A stretch of 64,000 bases of DNA from Candidatus Versatilivorator sp. (GCA_965207735.1 OZ242296.1:4768001-4832000); one strand, 5' to 3'; positions 38,079 through 48,528 are shown, counted from the first letter of the stretch. Made by a program: numbers and translations. The notes: generated by a model from the letters alone, not told the origin.

Positions 38079-39707
38079 GTGAGAGTGCATAAGCCAAGCC
38101 GGATCATCCTCTTCTGCTGGGTGGCCGCGGTTCTGATTGCAGGTCGACTCCCTGGGGAGGCGGCCAAGGACGCAGAACAGCGGGAGAAATCTCTCAAGCG
38201 GGAAACCTCGGATCGCTATCTCAAGAAGTGGATTCGTGACGACGCCCGTTACATCATTACGGAGGAAGAAAAGAAAGCCTTCCAGCAGCTGACCACCGAC
38301 GATGAAAGGTACCAGTTCATCGAACAGTTCTGGTTGAGGCGGGATCCCAATCCCGATACGGTCGTGAACGAGGCAAGGGATGAACACTACCGGCGCATCG
38401 CCTATGCCAATGAGCGATTTTCCTCCGGGACCCCGGGGTGGTTGACGGATCGCGGGCGGATCTATATCACCTTCGGTCCTCCCAACGAGATCGAGTCCCA
38501 TGCGGGCGGCGGTCGCTACGCCCGTCCCATTGACGAAGGCGGAGGAATCACCAGCACCTACCCCTTCGAAATCTGGCGCTACCGCCACCTGGAGGGGCCG
38601 GATCTGGGCAACGAAGTCTTGATCGAGTTCGTCGACCCCACCATGACGGGCGAATACCGCATGACCATGGATCCCAGCGAGAAGGATGCCTTGCTGTATG
38701 TGCCCAACGCCGGGCTGACCACCATGGAGAGCATGGGTATGGCCAGCAAGGCGGACCGTTTCACCGATCCTTCCGGGATGCGCCTGGGGGCGTCCCCCGG
38801 CGGTCGGAGCCGCCGGTACAATCAGTTCGAGCGCCTCTCCCAGTATGCGGCCCTGCAACGCCCGCCCAAGGTCAGATTCACTGACCTGGAGGCGGTCGTC
38901 AACACCAAGATTTCCTACAACCTGCTCCCCTTCAATTCCCGAACCGACTTTCTGAGGATCACCGAAGATACCGTGCTGACTCCCATCACCATCGAGCTGC
39001 TCCACAAGAATATGACCTTCAAGGACCAGGAGGGAGTTCGCCGGGCGCAGGTCAACATCTTCGGCAGGGTGTCCACCATCACCGGCCGGGTGGTTCAGGT
39101 CTTCGAGGATGCGGTCGTCAAGGACGTTCCGAACTCCCTGTTCCAGCAGGCCCTTGGCGGAAAATCCCTCTATCAGCGTGCCGTGCCCTTGCGCTCCGGG
39201 CGCTACAAGCTGGAGTTGGTGCTCAAGGACCTGCAAAGCGGTAACGTGGGGACGGAGTACGTCGGAATCCTGGTGCCCAAGTATCAGGACGACCGGCTGG
39301 CCACCAGCAGTCTCATCCTGGCCGACCGCATCGAGAAGCTTCCCGACCGGCAGGTGGGGCGGGGAATGTTCGTGATCGGTGAAACCAAGGTCCATCCCAA
39401 TGTGAGTGAGCAGTTCGGTCGGGAACAGAGCCTCGGGATCTACTTCCAGGTTTACAACTTGACGCTGGATCAGAAGACGAAGCGGCCCTCGGCGGCCATA
39501 GAATACCGTTTCAGGAGAGATAAAGAGGAAATCGCGCGATTACAGGAGGACCAGCAGGAGCTCGTGGGGGCTTCCCGGCAGTTGACTTTGGCCCGGAAGG
39601 TTTCGCTCAAGTCCCTGCAACCCGGCCGCTACCACCTGGAGGTCGAGGTGACCGACAAGTTGTCGGACCGCTCGGTCGTCCAGGTCGGACGCTTCGAGGT
39701 GCATTGA
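38079..39707 (+). CDS. GWxTD domain-containing exported protein
   Basis: Signal peptide; FIEQFWLRRDP, EHYRRIAYANERF, GWLTDRGRIYITFGPP. Confidence 0.9.
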   Translation: MRVHKPSRIILFCWVAAVLIAGRLPGEAAKDAEQREKSLKRETSDRYLKKWIRDDARYIITEEEKKAFQQLTTDDERYQFIEQFWLRRDPNPDTVVNEARDEHYRRIAYANERFSSGTPGWLTDRGRIYITFGPPNEIESHAGGGRYARPIDEGGGITSTYPFEIWRYRHLEGPDLGNEVLIEFVDPTMTGEYRMTMDPSEKDALLYVPNAGLTTMESMGMASKADRFTDPSGMRLGASPGGRSRRYNQFERLSQYAALQRPPKVRFTDLEAVVNTKISYNLLPFNSRTDFLRITEDTVLTPITIELLHKNMTFKDQEGVRRAQVNIFGRVSTITGRVVQVFEDAVVKDVPNSLFQQALGGKSLYQRAVPLRSGRYKLELVLKDLQSGNVGTEYVGILVPKYQDDRLATSSLILADRIEKLPDRQVGRGMFVIGETKVHPNVSEQFGREQSLGIYFQVYNLTLDQKTKRPSAAIEYRFRRDKEEIARLQEDQQELVGASRQLTLARKVSLKSLQPGRYHLEVEVTDKLSDRSVVQVGRFEVH

Positions 39708-39735
39708 CCCCCCGGAGCGTCGTGGGTTCGGAAGA

Positions 39736-41457
39736 ATGAAAACGAGGAAACGCTCGATGCGAATCGGTCAGACAACTGTCGTGCTACTCATTGCCCTGCT
39801 GGTTGGAGGGATCCTGCACGCCCAGGCGGCGGCACAGGACGACCACGGGTACATCTCCGGGTTCATCAAGGACTCACGGGGAACACCGCTCGGAGGCGTG
39901 CTGGTTAAGGTTTTGCAGGGAACCTTCAACCCGCGAGTGGTTCAGAGGGCCACCACCGACGGATTCGGTCAATTCGAGATCAAGAACCTCTTGCCCGGTT
40001 CCTACACTCTCAGCGTCAGCCTGGCCAGCTACCTGCCGATGATGAAGTCGGGAATCGAGGTGGCGGCCGGCAAGATGGAGCGCTTGAACCTCAGCTTGCA
40101 GAATCTCTATCTCCAGACCCTTTCCCCCGGGGTGCCGGGCGATCCTTCCTCTGCCCCGAAAGAGGATATCGGTTCGGTGTTGAGGATGGCTTCTTCCACC
40201 CGGCCGATTTTGCGCTTCCAAGGGACCGGCCAGACGGCCGACCTGGAGCTCGATCTGGAATCGCCCCGAGGGACGGCCCCGGCCGACCAGGGGTGGCGCG
40301 GCTCGGTTCATGTCTACTCCACCGCCTATTCCGCCGATCCGGACCTGCTGGACCTGGGCGGGGCCTTTACCGAGTTCGTCTTCGTGAAGGACCTCAATTC
40401 GAACTCCCGCTGGCTGATGGCGGGAACGGTTTCCGAGAGCGGCTACACGGAGCTGGACTCGCTGATCCGATGGAAAAACCTGAAGGGGCACAATCCCTCG
40501 CTGCGGGTGAGCCTGGGCAGTTTCCCCTATTTGGACCGGCAGGTTCCATCGGAGAAGGGCCACCTTCAGCGGCTCAATCTTTTCAACCTGGACTTCCAGG
40601 ACGAGGTGGCCATTTCCGAGATGATCTCGGCGATCTACGGAGTGGAGATCCAGGCCACCGATCCCTCGGTGAAGGCCCGACGGGTTCGGCCGCGCTGGGG
40701 GTTGAGAATGAGGCCCCATCCCGCCTACCAGGTGGCGTTCATTCGCACCAAGTCCATGCCGCGGCTCTATCGCACGGCTCCAACCGATTCCGGAGAAGAG
40801 CTTTCCTTCTCATCTCCCTTCCTGCACCCCTTCGGGAGCAAGATGCGTTTGGGTCAGACCGAAGCCACCCACACCGAAATGACGGTGGACCAGGAGCTCG
40901 GCGACGGATCGCTGTTGGCCGTGGGGGTCTATTCGGATGAGTTCTCTCCGGGCAGGGCCTGGGCGGCGGCCGGCTCGCGGCGTATTGTCCCGGTCTCCAC
41001 CAAGGGCGTTCGGGTCGCTTACGGGCGTCCGCTGAGTCAGGGTATTCACACGGACCTGGGATATACCTTCGGAGGAGGGACGCAGTGGGGGCACCCCACA
41101 TTCGGCCTGACGCCAAGGAACTATCACATGATGGTGGCCCGGCTGAAAGCGCAGGCGAATTCCTCCGGGACGCGAGTGGCCGCGACCTATCGATATATCT
41201 CCGGCGTTTCACTCACCGTCATCGACCCCTATCAGGAGTACTTCGAGAGTTCTGCACCCGGCTTGAGTCTCATGGTGACGCAGTCCATACCCTACGTAGG
41301 GCGGTTCATCCCGGGCGAACTGGAAGCGCAGCTCGATGTCCACAACCTCTTCGATCAGCACCGGTTCGACTTGACGGACGCTGCCGGTGATTCGAGACAC
41401 TCCGAATTCCTCCAGACCCCGCGGTCATTGCGGGGTGGCATCAGGCTCAAGTTCTAG
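39736..41457 (+). CDS. Carboxypeptidase-regulatory-like domain protein, probable outer-membrane beta-barrel
   Basis: Signal peptide; ISGFIKD..G.PL.GV.V...TDGFGQF.I..L.PGSY; C-terminal PRSLRGGIRLKF beta-signal. Confidence 0.7.
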   Translation: MKTRKRSMRIGQTTVVLLIALLVGGILHAQAAAQDDHGYISGFIKDSRGTPLGGVLVKVLQGTFNPRVVQRATTDGFGQFEIKNLLPGSYTLSVSLASYLPMMKSGIEVAAGKMERLNLSLQNLYLQTLSPGVPGDPSSAPKEDIGSVLRMASSTRPILRFQGTGQTADLELDLESPRGTAPADQGWRGSVHVYSTAYSADPDLLDLGGAFTEFVFVKDLNSNSRWLMAGTVSESGYTELDSLIRWKNLKGHNPSLRVSLGSFPYLDRQVPSEKGHLQRLNLFNLDFQDEVAISEMISAIYGVEIQATDPSVKARRVRPRWGLRMRPHPAYQVAFIRTKSMPRLYRTAPTDSGEELSFSSPFLHPFGSKMRLGQTEATHTEMTVDQELGDGSLLAVGVYSDEFSPGRAWAAAGSRRIVPVSTKGVRVAYGRPLSQGIHTDLGYTFGGGTQWGHPTFGLTPRNYHMMVARLKAQANSSGTRVAATYRYISGVSLTVIDPYQEYFESSAPGLSLMVTQSIPYVGRFIPGELEAQLDVHNLFDQHRFDLTDAAGDSRHSEFLQTPRSLRGGIRLKF

Positions 41458-41491
41458 CGGGCCGACCCCGCATTTGTCCTGGAGCAAGGCA

Positions 41492-44329
41492 ATGGTTGCC
41501 AATTTCGGCTTCAAGACGACTCTGATCGTTCTTCTCACCGCGTTGTTGGCGGTGATCGGCATCCAGAATATCCGGCAAAAGCGACAGCATGTCACGCCGG
41601 ATGACGGGAGCGGGTGGATCAGGACCGCTCGCGGGGTGGAAGCCTTCATCGTGGAAGACGGAGGAGCCGCGGACAAGGCCGGCATTCGCAAGGGTGACCT
41701 GCTGGTGGCCATCAACGACAGGCCGATCACCCGGGCCACCCAGGTGTCGGAGGAGCTGGATCAACTGGGAGTGTGGTCGAAAGTGCAATACTCCCTGACA
41801 CGCTCGGGGGCCGGCTACGCCACCACCCTGGTGATCGTTCCCCAGCCGACCAATCTGCGCCTGAAAGGTTTTCTGGAATCGGTCGGTTTCCTCTACCTGA
41901 TCATCGGCGTCTTCATTTTTCTGCGGCGCTGGCAAGCCAAGGGGGCCCTGCACTTCTACACCATCTGCCTGGCCTCTTTCGGGGTCTTTGCTTTTTCCTA
42001 CACCGGAAAGCTGAACGTTTTCGATTGGGGTGTCTATTGGCTGGACGCCGTTTGCCTGCTGTTCTTGCCGCCGCTGTTTCTCCACTTCTGTCTGAGTTTT
42101 CCCCATCCGAAGTCGTTCCTGGAGCGTTACGCCCCTCTGAAGGTCGTCCTCTACCTGCCGGCCCTGCTGCTGCTTGGGATTCAATTCCTGTTTGTCTTCA
42201 ACCTGTTGCTGGTTGAGGCGCCGCTGAGGACCCGGATTCTGCTGGATCAGCTTCACATGCTTCATTTCGCGGGTCTGTTCATCCTGGGCATGCTGGCCCT
42301 GGCCCACACCTACTGGGCCAGCACCAACCAGATCCTGAGACAGCAGATGAAGTGGATTGTAATGGGAACCGTGGTCGGAACCCTGCCCTTCTTTCTGGTC
42401 TATGCCGTCCCCTACTGGATGGGAGTCGTTCCCACGGTCTGGATGGAGATCACGGTGCTGCCGCTGGTGCTGATCCCGCTGACCTTCGGGTACGCCATCA
42501 TCAAGTTCCGCTTGATGGATGTGGACATCATCTTCAAGAAGGGCATGGCCTCGACGCTGGCCTCCTTGGCCAATGTGGGCTTCTACCTGGGGTTGCTCGC
42601 CATCGTCAGTCAGGTGTTCCATGCGGCCGGAGCCCAGTCCATCAATTGGTACGCCATGATCTCGGTGGTGGTGGCCGGTTTTGCCTTTGTTCCCTTGCGC
42701 AACTGGATTCAGGCCAAGGTGGACCAGTACTTCTACAGGGACCGCTACGATTACCGGCAGACGCTGATCGAGTTCGGAAAGAAACTGGGCTCCGAGGTGA
42801 ATGTCTCCCGGCTGCTGGAATCGGTGACGGAAAAGATCAGCACGACTCTTTCGGTAGACAAGGTGGCCATATTTCTGGAGACGGAGAGCAGCGCCCGGCA
42901 GTTCCGACTGGCCAAGTCGGTGGGCCTGTCGAGAGAACCCCGTGGCTTGGACCTGGGCTTTCTGGATCCCCGTAATCCCTCCCTGGCCAAGGGCTTCCTG
43001 TTCTACGAGGACCTCAGAAGCCTCCTGGCGGAGAGGCCGGAACATCGTGAAGCCCTGGCACAACTGGGGCTGCACTACTACCTTCCCTGTATCACCAAAG
43101 GGCAGCCCATTGCCTACCTGGGTTTGGGGCGGACCCATCGGGGCGACTTGCTCACCAGCGAGGATGTGGAGCTTCTGCATACCATCGCCGGCTACGTGGC
43201 CATCGCTCTGGAGAATTCCCGGCTGTACTCGTCGGTTCATCAGAAGGCGGAAGAGCTCCGACAGCTCAAGGAATACAGTGAGAGTATCGTCGAGTCCATC
43301 AGTGTTGGGGTGGTGGTGGTGGACCTGGAGGAGCGGATCGAGAGCTGGAACCCTCAAATGGAGAGTCTTCTGGGGGTTTCCAAGGATCAGGTCATTGGCA
43401 AGGGGGTTTCCGAGGTGCTTCCGGAGAACCTGGTCCGTGAGATGCGGATGCGAATGGGACCCGACCCCTCGGGACATTCCGAGGTCTTCCGGCTCTACAA
43501 GTGCCGGCTAAAGATCGGCGGGGATCCGCGCGTGGTTGACGCCACCGTCACTCCTCTCATGGACAAGGACCGTGGAGTCACCGGTCGGATCATCATTCTG
43601 GACGACAAGACCGAGCGGGCCCAGATGGAGGATCAACTGGCGCAATCCGAGAAGTTGACCTCGATCGGGCTGTTGGCTGCCGGTGTGGCCCACGAGGTCA
43701 ATACCCCGCTGGCGGTGATCTCCACCTACAGCCAGATGCTGGGCAAGCAGTTGAGCCAGAAAGATCCCAAGGCGAAAATCATGGGAAAGATCGTGGCGCA
43801 GTCCAAGCGCGCCTCCGAGATTGCCAACCGCCTGCTCAACTTCTCCCGGACCGAGGGAACGGCCTTTCGGGAATTGGAGGTCAACAGCGTCGTTTCCGAG
43901 ACGTTGTCCCTGTTGGAGCACCAGCTCAAGGCATCCAGGATCCGTCTGAGGACGGAGTTGGGTTCCACGAGCGCTCGCGTCCACGGCGACCCCGGCAAGC
44001 TGCAGCAGGTGTTCCTCAATCTGTTCATCAATGCCAAGGACGCCATGCCTGGCGGGGGAGAGTTGCTGGTCAGGACATCCACCCCGGATTCCGTGTTCCG
44101 TATCGAGATCGAGGATACCGGGGATGGGATTCCCGAGGAGCACCTGCAGAAGATCTACGATCCCTTCTTTACCACCAAGGAAATGGGACGGGGAACCGGG
44201 TTGGGGCTTTCGGTGACCTACGGGATCGTTCAGGAACACTCGGGAAACATCATGGTGGACTCCAAGCCGGGCCGGGGCACGCGGTTCATCGTGGAGTTTC
44301 CTGCCGCCAGGAAGGTGGCCAATGTCTGA
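41492..44329 (+). CDS. Membrane sensor histidine kinase (PDZ, multi-TM, GAF, PAS, HisKA, HATPase)
   Basis: AADKAGIRKGDLLVAIND (PDZ), about 9 TM helices, AHEVNTP, NLFINAKDA, DTGDGI, PFFTTK, GTGLGL. Confidence 0.92.
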   Translation: MVANFGFKTTLIVLLTALLAVIGIQNIRQKRQHVTPDDGSGWIRTARGVEAFIVEDGGAADKAGIRKGDLLVAINDRPITRATQVSEELDQLGVWSKVQYSLTRSGAGYATTLVIVPQPTNLRLKGFLESVGFLYLIIGVFIFLRRWQAKGALHFYTICLASFGVFAFSYTGKLNVFDWGVYWLDAVCLLFLPPLFLHFCLSFPHPKSFLERYAPLKVVLYLPALLLLGIQFLFVFNLLLVEAPLRTRILLDQLHMLHFAGLFILGMLALAHTYWASTNQILRQQMKWIVMGTVVGTLPFFLVYAVPYWMGVVPTVWMEITVLPLVLIPLTFGYAIIKFRLMDVDIIFKKGMASTLASLANVGFYLGLLAIVSQVFHAAGAQSINWYAMISVVVAGFAFVPLRNWIQAKVDQYFYRDRYDYRQTLIEFGKKLGSEVNVSRLLESVTEKISTTLSVDKVAIFLETESSARQFRLAKSVGLSREPRGLDLGFLDPRNPSLAKGFLFYEDLRSLLAERPEHREALAQLGLHYYLPCITKGQPIAYLGLGRTHRGDLLTSEDVELLHTIAGYVAIALENSRLYSSVHQKAEELRQLKEYSESIVESISVGVVVVDLEERIESWNPQMESLLGVSKDQVIGKGVSEVLPENLVREMRMRMGPDPSGHSEVFRLYKCRLKIGGDPRVVDATVTPLMDKDRGVTGRIIILDDKTERAQMEDQLAQSEKLTSIGLLAAGVAHEVNTPLAVISTYSQMLGKQLSQKDPKAKIMGKIVAQSKRASEIANRLLNFSRTEGTAFRELEVNSVVSETLSLLEHQLKASRIRLRTELGSTSARVHGDPGKLQQVFLNLFINAKDAMPGGGELLVRTSTPDSVFRIEIEDTGDGIPEEHLQKIYDPFFTTKEMGRGTGLGLSVTYGIVQEHSGNIMVDSKPGRGTRFIVEFPAARKVANV

Positions 44330-45722
44330 GAACGCCGGATCCATTCTGGTGGTGGACGACGAGCCCGCGATTCGTGAGAGTCTCGAGATCTTGCTGTCTG
44401 AGGCCAACTACAAGGTGGCCCTGGCTAAAGGTGGGCTGGAGGGGTTGAAGAAGCTGGAGTCCGACCTCTTCGATCTGGTGCTTCTGGACGTGATGATGCC
44501 GGACAAGAACGGGCTGGAGGTTCTGGACGAGATCGGCCGTTCCTCCCCGGAAACTGCGGTCATCATGATCACCGCTTTCGGCACCATCGAAAACGCGGTG
44601 CGAGCCATCAAGTCCGGAGCGGTGGACTACGTCACCAAGCCCTGGGACAACGAAAAGCTCCTGTTGGATATCCGAAACGGGATTCAACAGCGCCGGCTTC
44701 TGTATGAGAACCGGGAACTGAAGCGCGCTCTCAAGCAGCAGTCCGGATTCGCCAACATGATTGGCAAGAGCGAGCAGATGCTGAAGGTCTTCGATCTGGT
44801 TACTCAGGTGGCTCAAAGCCGGAGCACGGTGCTGATTCAGGGCGAGAGCGGTACCGGGAAAGAGCTTGTCGCCAAGGCGATTCATGCCAACAGCAACCGC
44901 TCCAAGAAGGCTTTTGTGACTGTAAACAGCGGCAGTCTTCCCGCCGACCTGTTGGAGAGCACGCTCTTCGGCCACCTGAAGGGAGCCTTTACCAGCGCTG
45001 TCGCTTCCAAGAAGGGACTGTTCGAGGTGGCGGACCAGGGGTCCATCTTCTTTGACGAGATTGGATCGGTGGGACTGGAGACTCAGGCCAAGCTGCTCAG
45101 GGTGATTCAAGAGAAAGAGTTCATGCGTCTGGGTGGTGTGGACACCATAAAGGTGGACGCGCGTATCATTGCCGCCACCAACGTGGACTTGAAGGAATTA
45201 GTGGAGCAGGGCACCTTCAGGGAGGACCTGTTCTACCGCCTGAATGTGATTTGCGTTCAACTGCCTCCGCTCCGGGAGCGCAAGGAGGACATTCCCCTGC
45301 TTGTCGATCACTTTCTGAAAAAGTTCAGCCAGGAGAACAACAAGAGCTTCGGGACGGTTTCTCCCGAGGTCATGAGGCTGCTGGTGCAGTACGACTGGCC
45401 GGGAAACGTGAGGGAACTGGAGAATATTATCGAGCGGGCGGTGGTGCTGAGCACATCGGACGATCTTTCCCGGGAGCTGATCTCCCATGAGGTCAAGCCG
45501 TCTGCGCCGACTCACAAGACCAACGGAGTGCCTGCCATGGACGGCAAGCCGCTCGGCGACATTCTGGACAATTTTGAAAGAGACGTGATCCTGCAGATGC
45601 TGGAGAGCGTCAACTGGAGTCAGACCGAAGCGGCCGAGCGGTTCGGATTGCCGCTTTCCACGCTCAACTCCAAGGTCAAACGCCTGGGAATCGACGCCAA
45701 ACGCAGGCGAATGCGACAGTAG
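44322..45722 (+). CDS. Sigma54-dependent (NtrC-family) response regulator
   Basis: VVDDE receiver, GESGTGKE, GAFTSA loop, FREDLFYRLNV, WPGNVRELEN, C-terminal HTH; overlaps the kinase stop. Confidence 0.93.
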   Translation: MSENAGSILVVDDEPAIRESLEILLSEANYKVALAKGGLEGLKKLESDLFDLVLLDVMMPDKNGLEVLDEIGRSSPETAVIMITAFGTIENAVRAIKSGAVDYVTKPWDNEKLLLDIRNGIQQRRLLYENRELKRALKQQSGFANMIGKSEQMLKVFDLVTQVAQSRSTVLIQGESGTGKELVAKAIHANSNRSKKAFVTVNSGSLPADLLESTLFGHLKGAFTSAVASKKGLFEVADQGSIFFDEIGSVGLETQAKLLRVIQEKEFMRLGGVDTIKVDARIIAATNVDLKELVEQGTFREDLFYRLNVICVQLPPLRERKEDIPLLVDHFLKKFSQENNKSFGTVSPEVMRLLVQYDWPGNVRELENIIERAVVLSTSDDLSRELISHEVKPSAPTHKTNGVPAMDGKPLGDILDNFERDVILQMLESVNWSQTEAAERFGLPLSTLNSKVKRLGIDAKRRRMRQ

Positions 45723-45779
45723 CCCCCGCCATTCTCACCTTGCCGCCAGCCCGCCATTCTCGCCGGGCGCCGAGTGCTC

Positions 45780-46886
45780 ATGAAACGCCTGATTCCCCCG
45801 TTTCCGCGGGGAAGAACTCTTTCGTGGATGGCCCGGGCTTTGAGTTTGCCGGCCGCGGTTGGAATATTTGTACTGCCCGCCGCCGCCGATTGGCTCCTGG
45901 GGCTGAGCTATTACCATCAGGGGAAATTTCGTCGAGCCGTCGAAGTGCTGCTGCCGGAAGTCCGGGAGAATCGCCAGGATGCCCTGATCCATCGAATTCT
46001 GGGTCTCAGCTACTACCAATTGCGTGACTATGAGCAGGCGGAGACCTATCTGAGAAGAGCGTTGGAGCTTCAGCCCGACTTCGAAACCAAGTTGGGCTTG
46101 GCACGAATTCAGGCGGGTCGCGGCAACTATGGAACGGCCCTTGAGTCCCTCGACGAGGGACAGGCGTTCATTCAGACCGACCGGCACAGATTCCAGTATC
46201 ATTTTTTCCGGGGTTCGATTTTCCTGCAGCAGGGCCATCCCTCCCGGGCCCGCGGGGAATTTAGGAAGGCCGAACCCTTTGCGGGTAAACAGCCTGCCTT
46301 CTTTGCGCAGATGGGCAGTCTGGAATACAGCCTTGGACGGTTTCCACAAGCTCTGGCTGCCCTGGAACGGTCCCTGGAACTCAACCGCGGGCAGCCGGCA
46401 GTCCTGGTTTCCCTGGGCGAAGTCTGCTTGCGGCTCTCGGCAACCGAAGGAGGCGCCGCAAGCGCAGGCCATCTTGAACGGGCCGTGGCTCTGGCGGGGG
46501 AAGCTCTGGCAGCGAGTCCGGACAGCGTGGCGGCACACCACCTGGCAGGCAGGGGCCACCTGGGCTTGAGAAATTTCCCTGATGCCGAGAGACACTTTCG
46601 TAAAGTGATTGCCCTCGACAGGCGCCATCCGGGAATCTTCTACAGCTTGGGGCAGGTTCTCATCGGCTTGCACCGATACCCGGAAGGGACCGAGGCTCTG
46701 GAAAAGGCCGTGGAGGAGGAGCCCGGCAACGCGGACATTCACTACGCCTTGGGGTTTTGTCGGGAAAAGACGGGAAACCGCCGGCAAGCCTTGGACTCTT
46801 ATCGGCGAGCCCACCATTTGCGTCCCGACCCGGAGTTCAAGACTGCTGCCGAACGTCTGGGGAAGCGGCTGGAATCTGTCAGGTGA
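45780..46886 (+). CDS. Tetratricopeptide repeat protein
   Basis: Repeated LG..YY..G....A...L..AL...P TPR patterns; start uncertain. Confidence 0.8.
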   Translation: MKRLIPPFPRGRTLSWMARALSLPAAVGIFVLPAAADWLLGLSYYHQGKFRRAVEVLLPEVRENRQDALIHRILGLSYYQLRDYEQAETYLRRALELQPDFETKLGLARIQAGRGNYGTALESLDEGQAFIQTDRHRFQYHFFRGSIFLQQGHPSRARGEFRKAEPFAGKQPAFFAQMGSLEYSLGRFPQALAALERSLELNRGQPAVLVSLGEVCLRLSATEGGAASAGHLERAVALAGEALAASPDSVAAHHLAGRGHLGLRNFPDAERHFRKVIALDRRHPGIFYSLGQVLIGLHRYPEGTEALEKAVEEEPGNADIHYALGFCREKTGNRRQALDSYRRAHHLRPDPEFKTAAERLGKRLESVR

Positions 46887-46900
46887 GCCTGGGAACAGAT

Positions 46901-46941
46901 ATCCGCGAAGAAACACGAAGGACTACCAAGGGCCACGAAGG
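46901..46941 (+). repeat. 10-bp periodic repeat (family D fragment)
   Basis: atccgcgaag aaacacgaag gactaccaag ggccacgaag, same phase as 25311-25351. Confidence 0.7.
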
Positions 46942-47026
46942 CGATGGTTAATGAATGGTTGATTGCTGATCGTCGATCGGCATGTAACCAGCCGCTCACG
47001 GAGAAACGCGGGTTGGAGGAATTGCC

Positions 47027-48064
47027 TTGACCAAGTCATCCGTTCTGGAGCAGTTGAGCCGCAAGGCCGCCGGAGCCGGGAAGCATATCGTGCTTCCGGA
47101 AGGAACCGACGAGCGCACTTTGACGGCAGCCGCCAGCCTTCAGGAACAGGGGTTGATGCGGCTGACTCTCCTGGGGGACCCCGGCGTCATCGGGGAAAAG
47201 GGCAAGGCCCTGGGTGTGAATCTGGAATCGGTCGGAATCATCGACCCCAGGCGCTCGGACCGATTGAACCGCTACGCCGAGCTCTACCATGACAGCATGA
47301 GGTCCAAGGGCATCACCAGGCAGGAGGCCGCGCGCCAGTTGGAGCACCCCCTCTATTTTGCAAACGCCATGGTGAGCTGGGGCGATGCCGACGGCTCAGT
47401 GGCCGGGGCAAGCCATACCACGGCCGAGACCGTCCGGGCGGCCTTGCGGTGCATTGGCTTGCAGGATGGTTGTTCCCTGGTCTCCAGCTTCTTCCTGATG
47501 CTGCTGCCGGCAGCTTCCGGCCGGGAGGAGCGGTCCCTGATCTTTGCCGACTGCGCCGTGGTGCCCAACCCGGATGCTTCCCAGCTGGCGGACATCGCCA
47601 TGGCGACGGCGCGCAACACCCGGGCGCTGCTGGGGGTAGAACCCAGAGTGGCCATGCTCTCCTTCTCCAGCAAGGGAAGCGCCCGCCACCCCCTGGTGGA
47701 CAAGGTGGTGGAGGCGACTCGCACTGCCCGAGAGCGCTATGCGGGGCTGCGGGTGGATGGAGAACTACAGGTGGATACTGCCCTGATAGGGGAGATCGGC
47801 CGCCGCAAAGCGCCGGAGAGTCCAGTCGCCGGGCAAGCCAACACGCTCATCTTCCCGGACCTGCAGGCAGGCAACATCGCCTACAAGCTGGTGGAGCGCC
47901 TGGCCGGCGCCCGCGCCATCGGTCCGGTGCTGCAAGGATTGAAAAAACCTTCCAACGACCTGTCCAGGGGCTGTACGGCCCAGGACATTGTCAACACCGC
48001 GGTGATCACCGCGATCCAGGCGGGGTCCCCGCCCCCGTCGCCCACCCGGTTGCCGGGTGGATGA
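47027..48064 (+). CDS. pta: Phosphate acetyltransferase (short form)
   Basis: [48 protein letters not shown]; TTG start with GGAGG SD. Confidence 0.93.
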   Translation: MTKSSVLEQLSRKAAGAGKHIVLPEGTDERTLTAAASLQEQGLMRLTLLGDPGVIGEKGKALGVNLESVGIIDPRRSDRLNRYAELYHDSMRSKGITRQEAARQLEHPLYFANAMVSWGDADGSVAGASHTTAETVRAALRCIGLQDGCSLVSSFFLMLLPAASGREERSLIFADCAVVPNPDASQLADIAMATARNTRALLGVEPRVAMLSFSSKGSARHPLVDKVVEATRTARERYAGLRVDGELQVDTALIGEIGRRKAPESPVAGQANTLIFPDLQAGNIAYKLVERLAGARAIGPVLQGLKKPSNDLSRGCTAQDIVNTAVITAIQAGSPPPSPTRLPGG

Positions 48065-48074
48065 CGAGTTCTTG

Positions 48075-48278
48075 TCAGCGCGACTCGGCGTCTCTTCGCT
48101 GTTTTTTTCGGCTCCGCTTGCGAGCCAAAGCCTGCTTGACCCGTTTTTTTTCGCCCGGTTTCAGATAAAAGGAGTGCCGCTTTACCTCTTTGATGATGTC
48201 TTCCGTCTGGACCTTGCGCTTGAAGCGCCGCAAGGCGTTTTCCAGGCTTTCGCCCTCCTGAATCCTGACTTCAGCCAC
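48075..48278 (-). CDS. rpsU: 30S ribosomal protein S21
   Basis: ESLENALRRFKRK...EVKRHSFYLKPG. Confidence 0.95.
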   Translation of the reverse strand: MAEVRIQEGESLENALRRFKRKVQTEDIIKEVKRHSFYLKPGEKKRVKQALARKRSRKKQRRDAESR

Positions 48279-48315
48279 TCTGTTTCACCCCCTTGGGTGC
48301 GTCGATAACTGCAGG

Positions 48316-48345
48316 ATGGTAGGTAAATTCCCGACTGCCTGTCAA
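48316..48345 (-). promoter_or_regulatory. Sigma70 promoter for rpsU
   Basis: TTGACA-18 bp-TACCAT on the minus strand. Confidence 0.65.
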
Positions 48346-48361
48346 GGGATTACCACTCTTC

Positions 48362-48528
48362 GAGTGGAGAGTGGAGAGTGGAGAGTGGAGAGTGGAGAGT
48401 GGTTAGCCGAGGGTTCCGGGAACAGGCAAGGGCTTGATGATCTGCTTACGCTTGTTGAAAGACTGCGGCGACATCGACAAAATGCTCTACGTATCGATCG
48501 AGTAACTCTCCACTCTTCACTCTCCACT
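48362..48528. repeat. Heptamer-periodic inverted element (family E) enclosing a gene relic
   Basis: (gagtgga) x about 6 at 48362-48402; inverted actctcc actcttc actctcc act at 48505-48528. Confidence 0.88.
48403..48505 (+). pseudogene. Possible relic of a four-helix-bundle (23S rRNA IVP-like) gene
   Basis: LAEGSG in one frame, then LLKDCGDIDKMLYVSIE-stop in another; these resemble the NIAEGxGR motif and C-terminal 'EIxKML..LI' helix of that family. Confidence 0.4.
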
